From contig DASRSD010000039.1 of assembly GCA_035656635.1 (NCBI GenBank), positions 2,083 through 66,082 of the forward strand: a stretch of DNA of 64,000 nt, in the 5' to 3' direction. A program made the position numbers and the translations under genes. Under the pieces are notes generated by a model that was not told the origin of the DNA, did no database searches, and was given only the letters and a program-made list of their open reading frames with translations. Origin of the DNA: Pirellulales bacterium. GTDB lineage: Bacteria > Planctomycetota > Planctomycetia > Pirellulales > JADZDJ01. Shown in pieces: positions 62,029-64,000 of the stretch (the first letter of the stretch is position 1; every line of letters starts with the position of its first letter).

Positions 62029-63285
62029 CTACTTGGCCGTCGAGGGCCTTGATTCTTGTGCCTGACGCCCAGAGGCGTCGCGTAGGAATTGCCACTCCTC
62101 GAAAGAAAGGGTTTCGGGCTGGCGGTCGCGAAAGCGGCCGGAGAAACCCGAGCGCGTCCAGCCCACTTGCACGGGGCAGCGCTGCGACAGTTCCCACAGA
62201 GCCTGCTGCATTCCGCTTTCGCCCTCGGAATCGAGATCAAACAGTAGCGTCAGCGGGACATTGCCTAGTTCGGTAGCCCAACCGGCCAACTTGTCGGCTT
62301 GCTCCTCGGTGATCCGGTTGCTGCAGATCGCCACGGCGGGAACGCCCAAGAGGCTGAGTCGGATCGCATCGTTAGGACCCTCGACAACCACGACTGTTCC
62401 CAGCGTTTTGATTTGCTCAAGCACTGCGGGATCGCGTAGCCGATGTTCTCCGTAGAGCAGTAACCCGCGATGCAGTCCTTTCGGAAACGCCACCTTGGTC
62501 GGCTCTTCGCCTTGGCGCCCGCCGCTCACCCAATCCACGTGCTTTCGTTCAAAGTCCGGATCGCGGCCGCAGTAGCCAACAGCTTGTCCCTGATCGTTCT
62601 GCAGTTGATACACGATCCTGCCACGCATCGTGCCACCGCTGGTATTTCCATTAGTGTCTCGCGGCAGATACCCCATCCGCCACTGCGTGGCGACTTCGCT
62701 GGTCAGGTATGGCCGCCGACGAAAATACCCCGCCGCACTGGGATTCATCGCCGCCGGATCGGTGATGAATTTTTCATGCAGATTTACTAAGCCCCGCGCC
62801 CGTTCGTTCGGACTTTCGGCGAGCGGTACGTTGATCTTAGGCGGTTCCGGCGCCGTTTCTTCTTTCGGCCTGGAAGCAGATGCAGACAACGGCGTCCCGG
62901 TGTCGCCCGCGATTTGTTGCAGGGTGGCCAAGACCTCTTTGAAGCGCTCGCCGCGTGGCCGGCCTCCGCCGTGCTGGCCGGGTAACAAGAGGTCGATCAT
63001 GCCCACGAGGTTGCCACCGGCTTTATGCGGACAAGAGTATTGATGGCAGCACCAGCGCTTCACATCTTCGTCTTTGATCGCCAACGCCCGATCGCCCGTC
63101 GGTTCTGATTTTCCGCAATTGAGGAAACACCGAGTGCGGATTTCATTGCCTGTGCGGTGGGCGAGTTCATGCACCAGACCGAAGTGCGTCAGCACTTGCT
63201 CGACGCTGACGCGCCGGCTGAGATCATCCACGTTGACAAAGTCACGTCTTGGACGGTTCATGGAATGACAGAAGAGGGGAGCCAT
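62029..63285 (-). CDS. DNA primase-like protein (CHC2-type zinc finger + Toprim domain)
   Basis: N-terminal TRCFLNCGKS....WCCHQYSCPHKAGGNLVGMI. Toprim VVVVEGPNDAIRLSLLGVPAVAI...LTLLFDLDSEGESG. Confidence 0.72.
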   Translation of the reverse strand: MAPLFCHSMNRPRRDFVNVDDLSRRVSVEQVLTHFGLVHELAHRTGNEIRTRCFLNCGKSEPTGDRALAIKDEDVKRWCCHQYSCPHKAGGNLVGMIDLLLPGQHGGGRPRGERFKEVLATLQQIAGDTGTPLSASASRPKEETAPEPPKINVPLAESPNERARGLVNLHEKFITDPAAMNPSAAGYFRRRPYLTSEVATQWRMGYLPRDTNGNTSGGTMRGRIVYQLQNDQGQAVGYCGRDPDFERKHVDWVSGGRQGEEPTKVAFPKGLHRGLLLYGEHRLRDPAVLEQIKTLGTVVVVEGPNDAIRLSLLGVPAVAICSNRITEEQADKLAGWATELGNVPLTLLFDLDSEGESGMQQALWELSQRCPVQVGWTRSGFSGRFRDRQPETLSFEEWQFLRDASGRQAQESRPSTAK

Positions 63286-63371
63286 AGTAGGCTTGCTTCC
63301 GACCTATGGCAAGCGCCGCTCCCTTACGACTGACCACATCACGAGACTTCGACTTGCTGACGGCCTTAGTG

Positions 63372-64000
63372 ATGAGTCCGCTGACCCTCGGGCAGCTCTT
63401 GAAACTCAGCCAAACCTTTGCCGCCGGCCCGTTCCGGTCACAGCGGTCGTTGCTCGATCGCTTGCAGCGATTGCGACTCGGCGGTTGGGTGCGTCGCTGG
63501 CCGCTCGCCTTGGCGAGACGCGGAGGCGGAGCGCCGGATTACTACAAAATCTCCCCACAAGGATTGCGGCTTCTCTATGGCGAAGAAGCACGGCCGCCAA
63601 CCAAACAGTTCTTCGCCGAAGTGGCCGTCGCCCGACACCATCACATGTACAGCTTGGCGGAATTCCTGGTACATACAGCCGTCGCCGCCCACATCCGCGG
63701 GTTTCGGATTGTGGACGTGCATCCGGAGAACACCTTTGTTGCCAATGTGAACGGCGAGACGATGGTACCCGACCATCGCTTCGATCTAATGAATGGAGAA
63801 GGGGAGCGGTATCGATACCTAGTAGAGCTCGATAACTCGACCGAGACGATTTACTCCCCTCGACATGAAAAGGAGACGTGGCACCGGAAGATTCGCTTGC
63901 ACGATGCATACCAGGATCAATGCACTCAGCGCCATCGCGTAGTGGTGGTCACCACTCGCAGTCGGGCGCGATTGAACAATATTATGGACGCCGCGGCGCG
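63372..64000 (+). CDS. replication-relaxation family protein (partial; runs off the right edge)
   Basis: Absent from the ORF track because no stop falls in the window. From ATG 63372: MSPLTLGQLLKLSQTFAAGPFRSQRSLLDRLQRLRLGGWVRRWP...YYKISPQGLRLLYG...HHHMYSLAEFLVHTAVAA...MVPDHRFDL....RYRYLVELDNSTE matches the Replic_Relax layout (wHTH, H..h...f, PD..f.l, lE.D..TE). Confidence 0.72.
   Translation, partial: MSPLTLGQLLKLSQTFAAGPFRSQRSLLDRLQRLRLGGWVRRWPLALARRGGGAPDYYKISPQGLRLLYGEEARPPTKQFFAEVAVARHHHMYSLAEFLVHTAVAAHIRGFRIVDVHPENTFVANVNGETMVPDHRFDLMNGEGERYRYLVELDNSTETIYSPRHEKETWHRKIRLHDAYQDQCTQRHRVVVVTTRSRARLNNIMDAAA

Larger units (their letters stand above)
55545..64000. mobile_element. plasmid-like integrated element (right end beyond the window)
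   Basis: A contiguous set of plasmid/ICE maintenance genes: parB-like, RepA-type initiator with adjacent iteron-like repeats, Toprim primase and a replication-relaxation protein. It also carries a degraded hsdR and orphan genes. No integrase or att site is visible inside the window. Confidence 0.55.

Noticed and set aside
63293-63909. ORFs 63293..63835 (+), 63418..63750 (+), 63406..63909 (-) and 63438..63776 (-).
   Set aside because: All overlap the edge-truncated frame starting at ATG 63372, which shows the replication-relaxation family layout. The listed frames are Arg/Ser-rich with no motifs.

Overview
This is a 64-kb, moderately GC-rich bacterial segment. The gene content points to Planctomycetota, probably Pirellulales-like; that taxon call is an inference. 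The supporting genes are a DUF1559/H-X9-DG pseudopilin, secreted proteins tagged with PEP-CTERM plus dockerin, a 2.9-kaa autotransporter-beta-strand-repeat protein, three ECF sigma factors (one paired with a FecR/LamG anti-sigma), a DUF11 protein and a Ser/Thr-kinase remnant. About 50 protein genes can be supported. I found no rRNA, tRNA or CRISPR array. Core genes (ald, der, mnmA, floA, rhamnulokinase, cysH, rrf2, sat, ROK kinase, thioredoxin, GDPD) alternate with accessory loci. The most noteworthy observations are these. (1) A four-gene minus-strand cluster at 8.2-11.9 kb plus neighbours to 13 kb. It holds two tandem paralogues whose predicted mature N-terminus is His-Gly-Phe/Tyr, a possible histidine-brace or LPMO-like copper site, beside a Cys-rich membrane protein, a Tat-exported bufferin-like Cys-repeat lipoprotein and a His-rich secreted peptide. 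(2) A PadR regulator followed by two tandemly duplicated membrane proteins with DUF1700/HAAS-like heads and secretin-N-like periplasmic tails, preceded by an unusually dense array of tri-loop hairpins and TACGTG boxes. (3) A RAYT (REP-associated tyrosine transposase) gene bracketed by REPIN doublets, with further REP copies elsewhere, one showing a compensatory stem change. (4) An ECF sigma/LamG anti-sigma pair directly upstream of a giant adhesin-like gene that leads a glycan-degradation operon, with an ECF-type promoter candidate. (5) A Ser/Thr kinase gene broken after about 117 codons and joined out of frame to a leucine-rich-repeat remnant. (6) From about 55.5 kb to the window end, a plasmid-like integrated element. 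It carries a degraded hsdR, parB-like, an unknown protein with an Rx5H (HEPN-like) motif, RepA-type initiator, 21-bp iteron-like repeats, CoiA-like nuclease, Toprim primase and a replication-relaxation protein. All functional calls rest on motif recognition in the translations. No database search was run.
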